A stretch of DNA of 64,000 nucleotides from Scyliorhinus canicula (taxonomy: Eukaryota), in contig NC_052154.1 of assembly GCF_902713615.1 (NCBI RefSeq), forward strand, positions 81,075,072-81,139,071. Direction: 5' to 3'. Shown piece after piece: positions 11,999 through 25,659 of this stretch. Each line of letters opens with the position of its first letter. Positions within the stretch are counted from its first letter, which is position 1. Under the pieces are notes generated by a model. That model was not told the origin of the DNA. It was given only the letters and a program-made list of their open reading frames with translations, and searched no databases. A program made the position numbers and the translations under genes.

Positions 11999-12410
11999 AC
12001 AGCCTTCTGTATATGAGAATTGCTCGAATACATATTTGAAGCAAACACAAACATAATTCGCTGAAACTCCCGCCGAATTTAGCATGTTATTATGAAAGAA
12101 TTGTTACACCGTCAGATTATAACGATTCAGATTATCTGACAACACCAACGACAATTTTCACTTTCTGTAAAATGACGTGTGAAATTTGATTAATTGTTTC
12201 ATGTTCTTTGGGTGCCTGTGGAGCTTTTAAGTTAAATACTGTCAATGTCCATTCGTGAGTCGATTTGCATGACTGCTGATGGCCTCACCGACTTGGATTC
12301 CTAATAAAGCCTGGAAAGGATAACACCTCAAACTTACTGCTGATACTAATTTTACTTTCTCCGCCCATAAATGTGGAATTCCCTCTTTAATGTAGAATCC
12401 AAGTTTTACT

Positions 12411-12720
12411 GGGCAGCACGGTAGCACAGTGGTTAACACCGTTGCTTCACAGCGCCAGAGACCCCGCTTCGATTCCCGGCTTGGGTCACTGTCTGTGCGG
12501 AGTCTGCACTTTCTCCCGTGTCTGCCTGGGTTTCCTCCGGGTGCTCTGGCTTCCTCTCACTAGTCCTGAAAGTCGTGCTTGTCAGGTGAATTGGACATTC
12601 TAAATTTTCCCTCCGTTTACCCGACAGGCGTGTAGTGTGGCGACGAAGGGATTTTCACAGTAACTTCATTGCAGTGTTAATAACTGCCTATTTGTCACAC
12701 TATTAAAGATTATTATTATT
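12411..12720 (+). mobile_element. V-SINE-type tRNA SINE with (TTA)n tail
   Basis: Head gggcagcacggtagcacagtggtt...ttcgattccc, V-core gggtcactgtctgtgcggagt...gggtttcctccgggtgctc. Confidence 0.85.
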
Positions 12721-12983
12721 TGTTATGGGATCTGAGAAAGTTCCACACACTTGATCTGCTTGGCAGTTTTTTCAACATATTGTTCTCTGCGAGAAAAACA
12801 GCCACCGGGCATTGTTAGTAAAATTAAAGCTTTTGGTTTGTTTTACCAATGTCCCTAGCCTCTCACTCACAGTTACGCATGTGGTACTATATATGTAGGA
12901 CAATGTGGTGTTATTACAGCAGTAATTCAAGGTGTGGATTTGTAATACTGCGCTAATGGGCGTGCACCACGCAATGGAATTTT

Positions 12984-15159
12984 TAAAAATAAATGTTTTT
13001 TATTGGGTTTTTGAACAAAGTATATTTACCGTTATGTACACAGATTAAGAAATATAGAAGAGAAGGGCACATTTAAACATACCAGAAAAAAGCAATAATA
13101 AAAAAAATAATAAATTAAAAAAAATAGAATAACTGGTAGGGTATTGTGCACCCGCTCAACAGCAGCAACTTTGTACAAGTGGCAAAATTATTTACAATAC
13201 ATAAGTAGGCGACTGTTTGGGGGGGGAGGGGGGGAGGGGGGAGACTGGGGAGTGGTTATACATTTGGGTGCCGGAGAAATAATTAAAGTGGGCAATACTC
13301 GAATGGGTTTTGTGTTGCTTCTCCCGGACAGATCTCACTGCCATTGTCATCTTGCACTCACCTCCACTTCAGCCGTTCCTCCTGTCTTTTGCCTGTATTC
13401 TCCTTGTTCTCTGTTCCTGTAGATGCCAAGTTTGTTATCGTATCCCATGCCCTCCTTTCAGCTATCATTTCTCTGCCTCCCCCCCCACTCCCTGCTTCTC
13501 CACTCTTGTTCCCTGTCCCTTCCCTCCCTCCCCCCCCCCCCCCGCGCTTTTCCCCCCCACCCCTCCTGTGGTTCGACTTTCTTTCCACTTAGGTTTAGCT
13601 GTGTGTCCCCTCTCCCGGGCTATCTACCCCTCTCATGCTTTGGCTACTTTCCCCTGATTCTTGGCTACCTGGCTATCCTTCTGCTTGTTCGTTGGCCACA
13701 AACAGGTCCCAGAACAATTGAGTGAATGGCTCCCACATTCTGTGGAAGTCGTCGTCTGACCCTCGGATGGTGAATTTGATTTTCTCCATTTGGACAGATT
13801 CCGAGAGGTCGGAGAGCCAGTCTGCAGCTTTGGGTGGGGCTGCTGACCGCCAGCCAAACAGGATTCTACGGTGGGCGATCAGGGAGGCAAAGGCAAGGGC
13901 GTCCGCCCTCCTCCCCAGGAATAGATCTGGCTGGTCTGAAACCCCAAAGACCGCCACTTTCGGGCATGGCTCCACCCTCATCCCCATCACTTTGGACATT
14001 GCCTCAAAGAAGGTTGTCCAGTACCCCACATGTCTGGGGCAAGACCAGAAGATGTAGGCGTGGTTGGCCGGGCATCCTTGGCACCGTTCACATCTATCCT
14101 CCACCTCCAGGAAGAACCTACTCATACGGGGTCTTGTTAACGGGCTCCATGTCTCACTTTTAGCTGCGTCAGGCTGAGCCTTGTGCACGTGGAGGTGGTG
14201 TTGACCCTGCGCCGTGCTTCGCTCCAGAGTCCCCACCTATTTTAATCCCCAGGTCCTCCTCCCATTTCTTTCTTGTTGCGTCCAGTATGGTGTTGGCCCT
14301 TTCTACTAGTCGGTCACACATGTCACTACAGTTTCCTTTACCTAATATGCTTGCATCCAGTAACTCTTCCAGTAATTTCTGTCATGGCGGTTGTGGATAC
14401 GTCCTTGTCTACTTTTGTAGGAAGTTTTTGAGTTATAGATAGCTTAGCTCATTCCCCCTGGCTAGCTGTAATTTCTCTATCAGTTTGTCCAGTGATGCGA
14501 TCGTGCCATCCGTGTATAGGTCACTGACTGGCAAGTGTCCCTCCATCCTGTCCCCACCTTTTGAAGGTGGCGTCAGTCATCGCTGGTGTGAACCTATGGT
14601 TGTTGCAGATGGGAGCTTTGTCCAACATTTTGGTCAGGGCAAATTGCTGCCGTAGTTTGTTCCAGAATTGGAGAGTGGCTATCACCACCGGGCTGCTGGA
14701 ATGTTTTTTGGGTGGGGATGGGAGTGCTGCCGTGGCGAGGGCCCGGAGGGAGGTCCCCATGCGGGAGCCGTCTTCTGCGCACACCCGCTCGGCTTTTGGC
14801 TCCTTGATTCATGACCTTATTCGCTTGGCCGTCGCTGCCCCGTGGTATAATTGTAGGTTATACAATTGTAGGCTAGCCCTCCCCCGTATTTTGTTTTTGT
14901 AGGACCTTCTTTGGGATCCTAGCATTCTTCCCCCACCCCGATACGAACGCCATGATTAGTTTGTCTAGTGCTTTGAAAAAGGCCTTGGGGACGTAGATCG
15001 GAATGGATCTGAGTAGGAAGAGGGACCTGGGCAGTACATTCATCTTGATCATCTGGACTCTCCCCACGAGGGAGAGTCAGAGTGTGTTCCATCTTTGCAG
15101 GTCCTTTTTTACTTCCTCCGTCAGACTGCTGAGGATCCATTTGTAGATCCCTTTCCAGT
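12984..15159 (-). mobile_element. 5'-truncated L1-clade LINE with perfect 15-bp TSD
   Basis: TSD acgcaatggaatttt at 12969-12983 and 15160-15174. ORF2 C-terminus MNVLPR..F and CERCQGCPANHAYIFWSCP. AATAAA near the 3' end. Confidence 0.92.
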
Positions 15160-15179
15160 ACGCAATGGAATTTTGAGAG

Positions 15180-15502
15180 TTTTTTTGAGAATTTACGGTG
15201 CATTCGGCCCATCAAGTCTGCACTGGCTCTTGGAAAGAGCACCCTACCCAAGCCCATACCTCCACCCTATCCCCATAACCCAGTTACCCCACCTAATACT
15301 AAGGGCAATTTTTAGCCTGGCCAATCTACCTAACCTGCACATCTTTGGACTGTGGGAGGAAACCAGAGCACCTGGAGGAAACACAGGCAGACATAGGGAG
15401 AATGGGCAGACTCCGCACAGACAGTGACCCAAGCTGGGATTCGAACCTGGGACCCTGGAGCTGTGAAGCATTTGTGCTAACCACTATGCTACCTTGCTGC
15501 CC
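15180..15502 (-). mobile_element. HE1-like V-SINE with CR1-type tail
   Basis: Reverse complement of the gggcagca.ggtagcatagtggttagc head, V-core and CR1-like tail (gggccgaatg). Confidence 0.85.
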
Positions 15503-15879
15503 TGGACTCAGTTAAAAATTATATTCCGCATATTATAAATAAAAGAGCATTCATTTGAGGGATTGGCAACAATGGTAAGTATCTGTTCAATGTCCTACGG
15601 AGCCACAAACTCGGTTTAACGTGATCCTGCTAACGTCTATGTGTCTCCAATCCTAGAGCTGTATGGCTAACTATTAATAGGCTTCTGAAGTAGCCGTGCA
15701 AACTGTTTCCTTTTCTCGAACTGAGGGAATGAAAGATGGAAAATAAATACCTGCGCCAGCTTTAACCACATCCAAAGAATGAATAATGCAAAACTCAATG
15801 TTTTTTGTTGTTGAATTTTTAGTATTCTCATGCATTTCCACAAAAGCCGCCTCCTTTGTTGTTTATAGTATCAAATATA

Positions 15880-16050
15880 GGGGCTGTTTAGCACACAGCT
15901 AAATCGCTGGCTTTGAAAGCAGACCAAGCAGGCCAGCAGCACGGTTCGATTCCCGTAACAGCCTCCCTGAACAGGTGCTGGAATGTGGCGACTAGGGGCT
16001 TTTCACAGTAACTTCATTTGAAGCCTACTCGTGACAATAAGCGATTTTCA
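15880..16050 (+). mobile_element. Short tRNA-derived SINE
   Basis: ggggctgtttagcaca...cggttcgattccc...ttttcacagtaacttcatttgaagcctactcgtgacaataagcg. Confidence 0.8.
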
Positions 16051-16621
16051 TATATTCACGGTATCTGTATAGCTGGATAACCTGACAATAGGAATACATT
16101 TTTGTGCCTTTCTGAAGTGACTTTAGCAAGTGTGACCAAAACTGGTCACAATATCTGTGGTCCACTTCACAATTTGGTTCTCCCCTTGTTGAACCTATAC
16201 CATACTGTATTGCCTTTGTATTTTAATACCCTCTGGCCTTTCTATTTGCTGTGCATTAACTAGGCATGTTTTGCGCCCTGAATCATGTGTCTCTTTGAAT
16301 TCTATCCTTAGATGTTTTAAACATCATCAATTAAGTTTGCATTCTTTATGGTTGGAGAACTCTACTGTTTTCTGCGTTGAATTTCCCTGTCTTGTCTTCC
16401 AAAGCTCACGACTGGAAACTGACTAATTATTAAGCATTGAAGTGTAACAATACTGAAACGTGAGCTGAATCGTGATGCGATCGTGCCATCCATGTATAGG
16501 TTCGGATTATTTACCCAAGAAGAGGATTCCACTTTATATATTTTTGTGGAAATATAAATACTTTATTAAAACCCGTTTCACATTCTCTTTCATGTTTACA
16601 TTGACTCTTACCAATTTTTAG

Positions 16622-17150
16622 ATGCACCATAGAATGCATCCTATCTGGCTGCATCACAGCCGAGTATGGCAAACGCTTGGTCCAAGACCGGAAGAAACTA
16701 CAGAGAGTCGTGAACACAGCCGAGCCCATCACGAGAAAGTCCCTCCCATCTATTGACTGTGTCTTCATCTCCCGCTGCCTTGGGAAAGCGAGCCGCATAA
16801 TCAAAGTCCCCTCTCACCCGGGTTATTCCCTCTTCCAATCTCTTCCATCAGGCAGGAGATACAAAAGTCTGAGAACACGCACTAACAGGTTCAAAAACAG
16901 CCTCTTCCCCGTTGTTACCAGACTCCTGAACGAACCCTAATATGGACTGAACTGATCCCTTCACACATCTTCTCTCATGAGCAGTACTACACTCCGTATG
17001 CTTCACCCTGTGTCTATGTATTTTCTTTGTGTATTTAAATATGTCCTATGTTTTTTCATGTATGGAACGATCTGTCTAGACTGTATGCAGAACAATACTT
17101 TTCACTGTACCTCGGTGCATGGGATGGTAAATCAAATCCAATCCAATATA
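16622..17150 (+). mobile_element. Rex1/Babar-type LINE 3' end
   Basis: KKLQRVVNTA...IIKVPSHPGYSLFQSLPSGRRYKSLRTRTNRFKNSLFP, with an (AATCC)-type tail. Confidence 0.8.
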
Positions 17151-18009
17151 TCCATTCAAAACTTGTTTTGATAATCATTTGATATTTGCTGAGACGTTGG
17201 TGCCGGTGGTTAAAGAAAGAGTGCAAATCACATGGGTAGTTTCTTCAACACATGCAAAATAAAGATATGTCCAATCATCGGAAGGATATTCTTGCGATGA
17301 CATTACACGTCCACGATGCTGAATCTGCCTCCAGTTTTATCCTATCTGCAGCGTTTTACTATAATTCTATGGAATTAAGTGTCAGTTACAATAGGCGCAC
17401 GAATTTCAGGACTCAACATTGACCATCAGTATGTATATTAACTGTAGTGTATGCATTTTTCTAGGGAATGAAGCGTGACACGTTCCTGAGAACACTGAAA
17501 AGATTAACATGTGGAACCCATATGTCGCCTGTGCTTTTGCGAGATTAACAAGTGTTGCGAAATATGGAGTGGCTGGGCAGGTTTAGAAAACTAGGTAAAG
17601 AACATATTCAGTGGCTCATCTCGCTGCAGTAGTACTCGTTTAAATTTAGCTGTTATTGATTTAAATATTAAAATGTACCTCGTGTTCCGCACCTATATTT
17701 ATTCGACACACGGTTCAGTGTAATTACAGAAACAGAGAATCCTCATATTAAACGGACATTCTACATGTTTTCCATTGTGAACTTTTCTTACTCACTGACA
17801 ACTGGAAACCGCAGCCGGATCGCCTGAAGGCGCATGAATTGTTCCTAGTATTTCACATTCCAATATTATGCCACGTGTGTTCTTAAATACATTTTCGGGT
17901 AGTTTGTTAATTTATCTACACACGACTATTAGCGCATCTCCGCTATACACATGCCACTTTCCTTAATGCAAGTACTGTAATGTTGTAATAATGTTCAAAT
18001 TATGGATAA

Positions 18010-18250
18010 CTAGGATTGTAGATACCTGGGAACACCACCACCTGGATGTTCCTCTCTTAGTCATCCACCATCCTGACTTGGAAATATATCGCCGTTCATT
18101 CACTGTGGCAGGGCCAAATTCCTGGGAGTCCCTCCCTAACAGCACTGTGTGTATCTACACCGCAGGAACGGCAGTGATTTAAGAAGGTAGTTCACCACCA
18201 TCTTCCCAAGGCAATTCCAGATAATAAATCCTGGACTCGACAGCGACACA
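18010..18250 (+). mobile_element. Old non-LTR (CR1/L2 supergroup) 3' fragment
   Basis: HTILTWKYIAVHSL-like stretch, 'gggccaaattcctgggagtccctccctaacagcactgtg', and a tail with AATAAA. Confidence 0.45.
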
Positions 18251-19246
18251 CGTAAATTATTCTTTTTTAAAACAATCAATTTGTAAGTTGTGCAGACGTT
18301 TCTCAAATGTCAAGACTATATATCCTGAGTTGTGCAAGTTTTATTCAAACGTCTTTCGATTGCAACAATTTTTATTAGTACCAACTAATCCTGTCCTGGC
18401 ACAGTATTGTATGGAAGAAATGTGATGGGATGTGTTGCTGATCAGTTTCATCCGCAGCACGAACCTGGCACAAGGTGGAAGGTCGTCGTGATGTCACATT
18501 AAGGTAACATCCATGAATATATTGGTTGTTCCGGAATCCCTTTAAGCAACAGCATAGCTTTTTAAGTAGCGAGACAAAACAGCAGCCTGTGTATCGATAA
18601 TCCCCTGTTTAACACTGAGGAGTCTGGTATCATTTAGAACACTGTGCTTTCCCTTTAAGTACTGGCTACATTTTGTTACGATTGCGACAATAGAGGTTAG
18701 TATTGTTATTATAATGCTTAAGAGGCGCCCGAATCCCGCCCAACGCTCAGGCATGAGAACAAAGCCGCAGCATCGAGTGCAAATACACACAAACACCAAA
18801 TGCGATGACATGACGCTGTGAATGCCCAGTGTAAAGATATTTATCACAGAGCACTAAAACGCGTACACCATGCAAAGGGTAAACATATAAATGAAAATGG
18901 ATAGTGGTCTTGGAAAACACAAATATAGCAAAATTAACTATTTAATTCTGTCTTAATTGGTCACGTTGTCCTTTTAATTTCTCACCGATCACTATCAGAA
19001 GGCTACTTACTTAATGATTTTGACGTCATGGCGAGTTGTGCATTTCACAACAGTTATACGGTTGAGAGCGATGAGGCCGGATTTTGTTTAGCCAGTTGAT
19101 TATTTTTAGACCTTTACATCAGCACGTTGGTAAAATGGTTCTCAGATTTACAAATAAATGTTTGTTTCAGGCTTATATCACAAATATTCAAATTAGGCAC
19201 GCATGATACAAACAAACGCTGGAACTTTTCTGAACATTTATATTTC

Positions 19247-19562
19247 GGGCGGCAGGGCGGCGTACTGGTTAGCACTGCTGACTCACAGAGCCAGGGACCT
19301 GAGTCGATTCCAAACTCGGGCAACTGTCTGTGGAGTTTACACATTCTGCCCTTGTCTGCGCGGATTTCCTCCTATTCTTCCAGTTTCCTCCTATAGTTCA
19401 CTGATATACTAGTTGGGTGGATTAGACAGGCTAATTTGTCCCTGGGTGGGGCTATGAGGATAAAGTCGGGGATTACGTCTAGGTTAGGGTGCTCTTTCAG
19501 AGGGTCAGTGCTGACTCGATGGGCTGAATGGCCTCCTTCTGCACGAGAGGGATTCGCTGATT
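19247..19562 (+). mobile_element. Degenerate HE1-like V-SINE
   Basis: tRNA head, V-core and CR1-like tail 'gactcgatgggctgaatggcctccttctgcac'. Confidence 0.75.
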
Positions 19563-19622
19563 TCTTACGACCTTTTGATTATTTCACTTTTTGCGATTTA
19601 ACCTAAATAATAAGAACAGGAC

Positions 19623-20000
19623 TGTAAAATTCTAGGCGAGCGATCACACCAAAGCGATGACTGTTAGAAAACTCAATATTTATTTAACCTACTAGGTACA
19701 ACTCTTATTCCCCGAAGGGTCTCCCTGCGACACAGTTGGGCCAGGGTATTTATGTCCCATGGAATCCTTGCTTAAGTGTGAAGCTCCACGCCCTCATCTG
19801 GGGGTGATCATGGGGATTCTGATGTTGCATACCCCGTGGCCTCCGGCTACAGTTCTTACACCCCTAACCCCCTTCCAAACTCAGAGACCTCGTCCATTTC
19901 GACACCTAGAGGGAAAATATCCTTCATCCTCTTTGCTCGGGCTGGTTTCCAATAACCTGCTGTGCTGGGCCTGGTGGGGTGTAACTGACTGGGTGAACGA
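19623..20000 (-). mobile_element. 3' LTR (19623-19860, about 238 bp) plus PPT and the end of the internal region of an LTR retrotransposon
   Basis: The minus strand reads TGTAAG...TTTACA with a TATA-like cataaata and AATAAA. It is immediately preceded by the purine tract ggaagggggttagggg. No TSD. Confidence 0.6.
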
Positions 20001-20120
20001 CATAAGACCATAAGACTATAAGACATAGGAGCAGAATTAGACCACTCGGTCCGTCGAGTCTGCTGCTCCATTCAATCATGGCTGATATTTTTCTCATCCC
20101 CATTCTCCTGCCTTCTCCTC
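20001..20120 (-). mobile_element. CR1 3' tail fragment
   Basis: cataagaccataagactataagacataggagcagaatt is the reverse complement of the tail at 11960-11998. Confidence 0.75.
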
Positions 20121-20429
20121 TTGCGACTTTTCAATGAAGGTTCCCTCCTCCATGACCAAATTGTGTTTGGGATAAAAAAATAAATACTTCATGAATGTTT
20201 ACATACTCAGCATAATTTATTATTAGACGATGCAATAAGTGTATGTTGAGCGAGTGAGCTAGCATAGTGTGCTGACATACAGTCCCAGGAAAAAGGCACG
20301 AAAGCAGACAACTTGGCTGACGCCATTAATGCTGTGGCACAGTTAAAAAAAGTCACCCTGCAGCTGGTGGCCATTTTGAAAATTACGTAACCAGCGTGGT
20401 GACGTATGCACGTTGTGGCCACGTGCACT

Positions 20430-23215
20430 GAGGAAAAAATGGCGAACTGTGGCAAATTTCATCATTATGCTTCACAGTGTAATTTAAGTACAACAAAGTC
20501 TCAAAGTAATACAAAAAGTTTTTTTTAACAAGGCATGGATTGTTAAAATGGATCAAATGGAGAAACTATTTCTCATTCCGATATTCATGCACAACAATGT
20601 GATTTGGAGTACACATTCTTTGTTGACTAAGTCAACAAGATTGATATTGTTGACAAGCAACATTTAAATCAGATATCATCAGTTCATTTAAAGACAGATT
20701 GGGACATATTAGTAAAGGTAAATGGGTCAAAACTGTTTTTCAAGTTGCATACTGGAGCTTATGCAAATCTGATCACTGAATCAGACTTCTCGAAAATACT
20801 GTGTCCTCCTTCAAGTAAAGCTACTAAATGTCAATTGAGAGACTACGATGGCAACATCTTTAGCACATCTTTAGCAAAAGATGATTGTGTTGTCTAACAG
20901 TAAGCAACAATGAAATCCACCTGTCGGTGCAATTTGAAACAGTTGATGCCAATGAATTCTCTCTGGTGAATCTTCTGAAACAGATTCACAGCGCCAATCG
21001 ATGTGTTGGTTCTCAGCAAGATGACATAAAGCACATTCTTGGTAGGTTTCCAAATATATTCACTGGAATCAGTATGGTACCATTTACCTATAAAATACAG
21101 ATTCAAGAAAATGTTACACCAATTATACATCCTCCAAGAAGTGTACCAGCCCCTTTCAAAGAACGTCTCACACAGGAACTGGATCGAATATATAAACTGA
21201 ACATAATATCCAAGATAACTGAACCTATGGGTTGGGTTAGTTCGATGGTATGTGTATGGAGGCCTAATGGAGATCTTCGAATATGTATGGACCCAAAGTA
21301 TATTAACAAGAATATCAGAAGATTGCATTATCCAATCCTTAACCATGAAGAGATTACAGGAGAGATGACACACGCATTTTTTTTTCTTTGTTAGATGCCT
21401 CAAAAAGATTTTGGCAGCTACAACTTGATAAGTCCAGCAGAAAGCTCTGTCCTTTTAACACGCTGTATGGAAGATATTGTTTTAATCGCATGCCTTTTGG
21501 AATTATCGCTGCCTCAGAAATGCTCCATAGAGCAATGGAAACCATAACAGAAGGTATTGATGGTGTACGGGTGTACGTCAATGATATTATTATCTGGTCT
21601 GTAACACCAGAAGAGCATATTTCTAAACTACTACGAGCGCTATGACGCATTGATTCATGTGGATTGAAGCTCAACATATCCATGTGTCAATTTGCGATTT
21701 CCAAGCTGAAGATTTTGGAAGATCTCATATCTGAGAATGGTTACAACTGTACAGTGATAAAGTAAAAGGAAAGCACAAAATGCCTCTTCCGACAAACAAA
21801 AAAGCAGCATTGAGAATGCTTGGAGTTGTCAACTTTCTTGGAAAACGTATATCGAATCTTTCATCAAGCATGACGGCTCTTCGACAATTGATCAAGAAAA
21901 AGTTTCTTTTTCTTGGACTTCACAATATGAAAAGGAATGGTCCAACCTAAAATCCGCACTGACCACAGCTCCAGATCTCACACTTTCTGATCTGACAAAA
22001 CAGACAAAGATCTCGACGGATGCAAGTCAGGACTGGCTGTTCTTCAACAGAACATGTCAGATAATCTGTGGGGACTGGTAGCATATACTTCTCGAGTCAT
22101 GACACCCACAGAACAGCGCTGTACACAGATTGAAAAGGAATGTATTGGCCTGGTGACGGGTATGGAAAAAAATCACTATTATGTTTGTGGTCTTCCTACA
22201 TTTGTGATCGAGACTGATCATAGGCCACTTGTGCATATAAATCGCAAGAGTCTAAATGACATGTCACCCAGATTGTAAAGAATGTGGATGAGAATAAGAA
22301 GATATGATTTCTGTTAAGTATATACTCCAGGAAAAGATGTGATCCTTGCAGATACCTTATAACGTGTTACTGAACAGGAAGATAAGATACCACATCTTGC
22401 GCAGGTAATCGAACCTCAAGCTGACATGCTAGCTGCCACACTACCTGTTTCTGATGTCAAATTACGACTCATTAAAGAAGAAACTGTAAAGGATGAAGTT
22501 TCGCAGCGAGTGATTCATCACATGATTTATGGTTGGTCAAATGCACTCTCTGTGCTGAATGGAATTTTACTCAAACTAGATAGAATAGTATATCCTGAAA
22601 AGTTGAGAAGACAGATTCTTACCCAGATCCATGAAGGACACCAGGGTATTGAGAAACGTAAGTGAGGCACAAGCAAATCCATGAATTGGCCTGGCACAAA
22701 TTCTGTCAATGAAAATTATGTTTCTGAATGTGCCATTTGTCAAAGAAACCAGTCTTCTCAACAGAAAGGGAACTTCACAAATCTTGATGACAACCCAATC
22801 CTAAACAAGATGAGACAGAAACAGTTAACTCAAAGCTGGTACTACAACAAGGCTGCCAAATTAGCAGGGGTTGTTTTAGCACAGTGGGCTAAACAGCTGG
22901 CATGTAATGCAGACTAATGCCAGCAGCGCAGGTTCAATTGCCGTACTGGCCTCCCACAACAGGCGATGGAATGTGGCGACTAGGGGCTTTTCACAGTAAC
23001 TTGATTGAAGCCTACTTGTGACAATAAGCAATTATTCTAATAATTATTATTATAAACAGCTGATTCCGCTAGTTCCAGGAGATTGTGTACATATCCAGGA
23101 TCCAAACAGTGGATGGTCCTGCACTGCTCGTATTTTAAGTCAGGCAGCTCCACGTTTATATCTTGTAAAAAAATCTGAAGTTTCGATATTCAGGAGAAAT
23201 CATCATGCATTGCTG
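20430..23215 (+). mobile_element. Degenerate Gypsy gag-pol remnant (conventional PR-RT-RNaseH-IN order, integrase core deleted)
   Basis: Zinc-knuckle remnant NCGKFHHYASQC, protease-like LHTGAYANLI, RT WVSSMVCV..PNGDLRICMDP / RMPFGI / VYVNDII, RNase H YTSRVMTPTEQR..QIEKEC / TDHRPL, and integrase Zn finger IHEGHQGIEK...CAIC. Confidence 0.85.
22867..23052 (+). mobile_element. Short tRNA-derived SINE inserted in the Gypsy remnant
   Basis: Same head and tail as 15880-16050. Confidence 0.8.
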
Positions 23216-23224
23216 AAGGCGATG

Positions 23225-24221
23225 TAGCCTCGAACTCTGATTCAATCTCTGAACGGCAATAGGACATCCTGAACTGGAAGGGTGAACAGCCAGAGGTTGT
23301 AGTACACATAAGTACTAACGACATAGGCAGGAAGAGTGATGAGGTCTTGCAGAAGGAGTTCAGGGAGTTAGACAGTAAGCTAAAAAGCAGGACATCTAGG
23401 GTTGTAATCTCAGGATGACTCCCTGTGCCACATGCCAGTGAGGCTAGAAATAGGAATATAGTGCAACTAAATACATGACTAAATTGGTTGTGTAGGAGGG
23501 AGGGATTCAGATTTCTGTAACACTTGGATCTCTTCCAGGGCAGGTGGGACCTTTGCAAAAAGGAAGGGTTGCGTCTAAACTAGAGGGGCATCAATATCCC
23601 GCATGGAGGTTTGCTGGAGTCACTCGGGTGGATTTAACCTAGTATCACAGGGGGGTGCGAACCAGAGCACTAGATTAGAAGGTGTAAAACTGAAGGAGAA
23701 ATAGAGAACAAAAATAGGAAAACAACATCACTCTGCTCAAATGCAGTGGTTTGAAATCTATTTGTTTCAACGCCAGACGTATAGCAGGTAAGGTAGATTA
23801 ACTTAGAGAACTTATTCGTACTTGGAATTATGATGTTGTAGCTATCACAGAAATGCAGTTAAAGGAAGGGCAGGATAGGCAGCTGATTGTTGGAAGGTAT
23901 AGATGCTTCTGGACAGATAGAGGGGGATGTAAAAGGGGTGAGGGAGTAGGAATACTGGTTAAGGAGAATATTACAGCCGTACTGCGGGAGGTCACCTCGG
24001 AGGGCGCATACCATGAGGCAATCTGGGGAGAGCTTAGGAATAGGAAGGGGGCATTCACAATATTGGGCGTTTATTACATGCCCCCAATTACCAGAGAGAG
24101 ATAGAGGAGCAGATAGGTAGAGAGATTTTGGATAGGTGCAAAAGTAACTGCGTTGTTGTCGTAGGGGAATTTAATTTCCCCAATATCGATTTGGACTCAC
24201 TTAGTGCTCGGGGCTTGGATG
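23225..24221 (+). mobile_element. CR1 fragment (ORF1 esterase end to endonuclease start)
   Basis: EQPEVVVHISTNDIG, DVVAITE-like, LGVYYMPP and VVVVGEFNFPNID. Confidence 0.8.
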
Positions 24222-25091
24222 TGTAGCCATCTGGGATGGCCACTTTCAGCATATAAAATGGACATTGCAGAGCATACAGGAAAAATGGAAAATGCAAAGT
24301 GACAAGCAGGCACAGAGCCTGAATGTGTATTTAGATGATCGACTGCAGACAGAACCGAAACACTTGGCCAATTTGCACATTGATGGCCCATCTCCAATAA
24401 ACAAAGACTAGTGCTCAGGTAGCCGATACCATCCCAGACATTCCGGCGCCACAACCCCAGCAAGAAGGTACAAACAAAGCAAGGCCAATGGCCACTTAGG
24501 ACACGCCCAGCCATCAAGACACCCGCCCATTTATTGCCTCAGATCGTTGGCAGTGATCGAGAAGATGCCCAATTGATTGGGCCCAAGTTTAAGGCCCGCC
24601 TAAAAGCGCGCAAAGCCCGCAAGTATAAGAAGGAACCCTGCCATGTGTTTGCTGTCTTGGAACCTGCTCTGAACTGGAGAGACCCGTCCACCCGCACCAC
24701 CAGAAGCCAGTAAGTTTAAGTTCAACGGTCGCTACCAGACGGACGACCATAGCTATACTCCTGCTATCTCTTCGAACCCAACAGCCTCAGATCCGAACAA
24801 CGGCTAATATTCCTCTGACCTAAGTGGGTACCCAAAGTTAAGTATAGGTGTTAGTGATAGACATAGTTTAGCCTGTAGTGTTATTTTGCATGAGTAAGCC
24901 ATACTGTGTGTAAATAAAGTACCATTGACTTTGAACTAACTAACTGGTGTATTGGCTCTTTGATCTATATTCAATTGACCTTGTGGCAGTATCAAGAGAT
25001 ACCTGGCGACTCTGAAAGCATATTCATAATTAAGATAAAGAAAAGTAACCTTATTAACCACCATATTTATAGCCACTAAAAGATAGCAACA
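24222..25091 (+). mobile_element. Probable solo LTR (about 870 bp)
   Basis: Begins TGTAG and ends GCAACA. TATA-like gtataaga near 24622 and AATAAA near 24912. No TSD found. Confidence 0.45.
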
Positions 25092-25659
25092 CCCCTTAAT
25101 TGGATTGATCAGAAATGTCTGAAATCTTGTTCTCCCATTCTGCTATGAAATGAACTATTGACCAGAAATCCATGCCATCATTACCACCATCTATTTCTAA
25201 TTTGTAATATTGCCGGTAGATTCAGTGGCTGCTCCAACTGATGTGCTTCCCAATCCTCATCCACGTCTTTGTTACCTCTGGTAAAGGGCAATTTAATGCT
25301 TAGTTTTTGTTTACTTTGCTCACAATCGAAGTATGCCAACCCAACGAGGTTTATGCTGAATTCTGCGACACAGGCTGATCACATGATTTGGTCTCAGTGT
25401 CACACTCAAAGTAAAAAAAAAGGCAAAGGACAATGATGTCGGACGCCAAGGTTGAACAATCACTGGTAGGAACTATACACGTCCTTAGCAAATTAAGTTA
25501 TCAGCTTGGTTCTGTAAAATCAATTACCTGTTCTGCAAGAACAGCAAGCACTAAAACATTCAGGCTTGTGCATTAAATTAGTGCAGTTTACCTTCTAATG
25601 TTTAGGGGGAAGTAGCTTCATTTCACGCTTGATAACTATATTTGATTTGCTACGTATAG

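Noticed and set aside
12411-12485. tRNA-like A/B-box sequences here and in other SINE heads
   Set aside because: They continue into SINE core and tail and do not form complete cloverleaves, so they are not tRNA genes.
18542-18847. Hydrophobic 101-aa minus-strand ORF, and an overlapping plus-strand TM-like stretch
   Set aside because: No recognisable domain, convincing splice context or homology; consistent with chance in AT-rich DNA.
24217-25096. TSD for the putative solo LTR
   Set aside because: The flanks (ggatg versus cccct) do not match, so the LTR call stays low-confidence.
25215-25300. Short resemblance to the receptor TM exon (gttacctctgg...gggcaatttaatgc)
   Set aside because: Only about 25 bp of patchy similarity, followed at once by stops, with no V or C1 remnants nearby.
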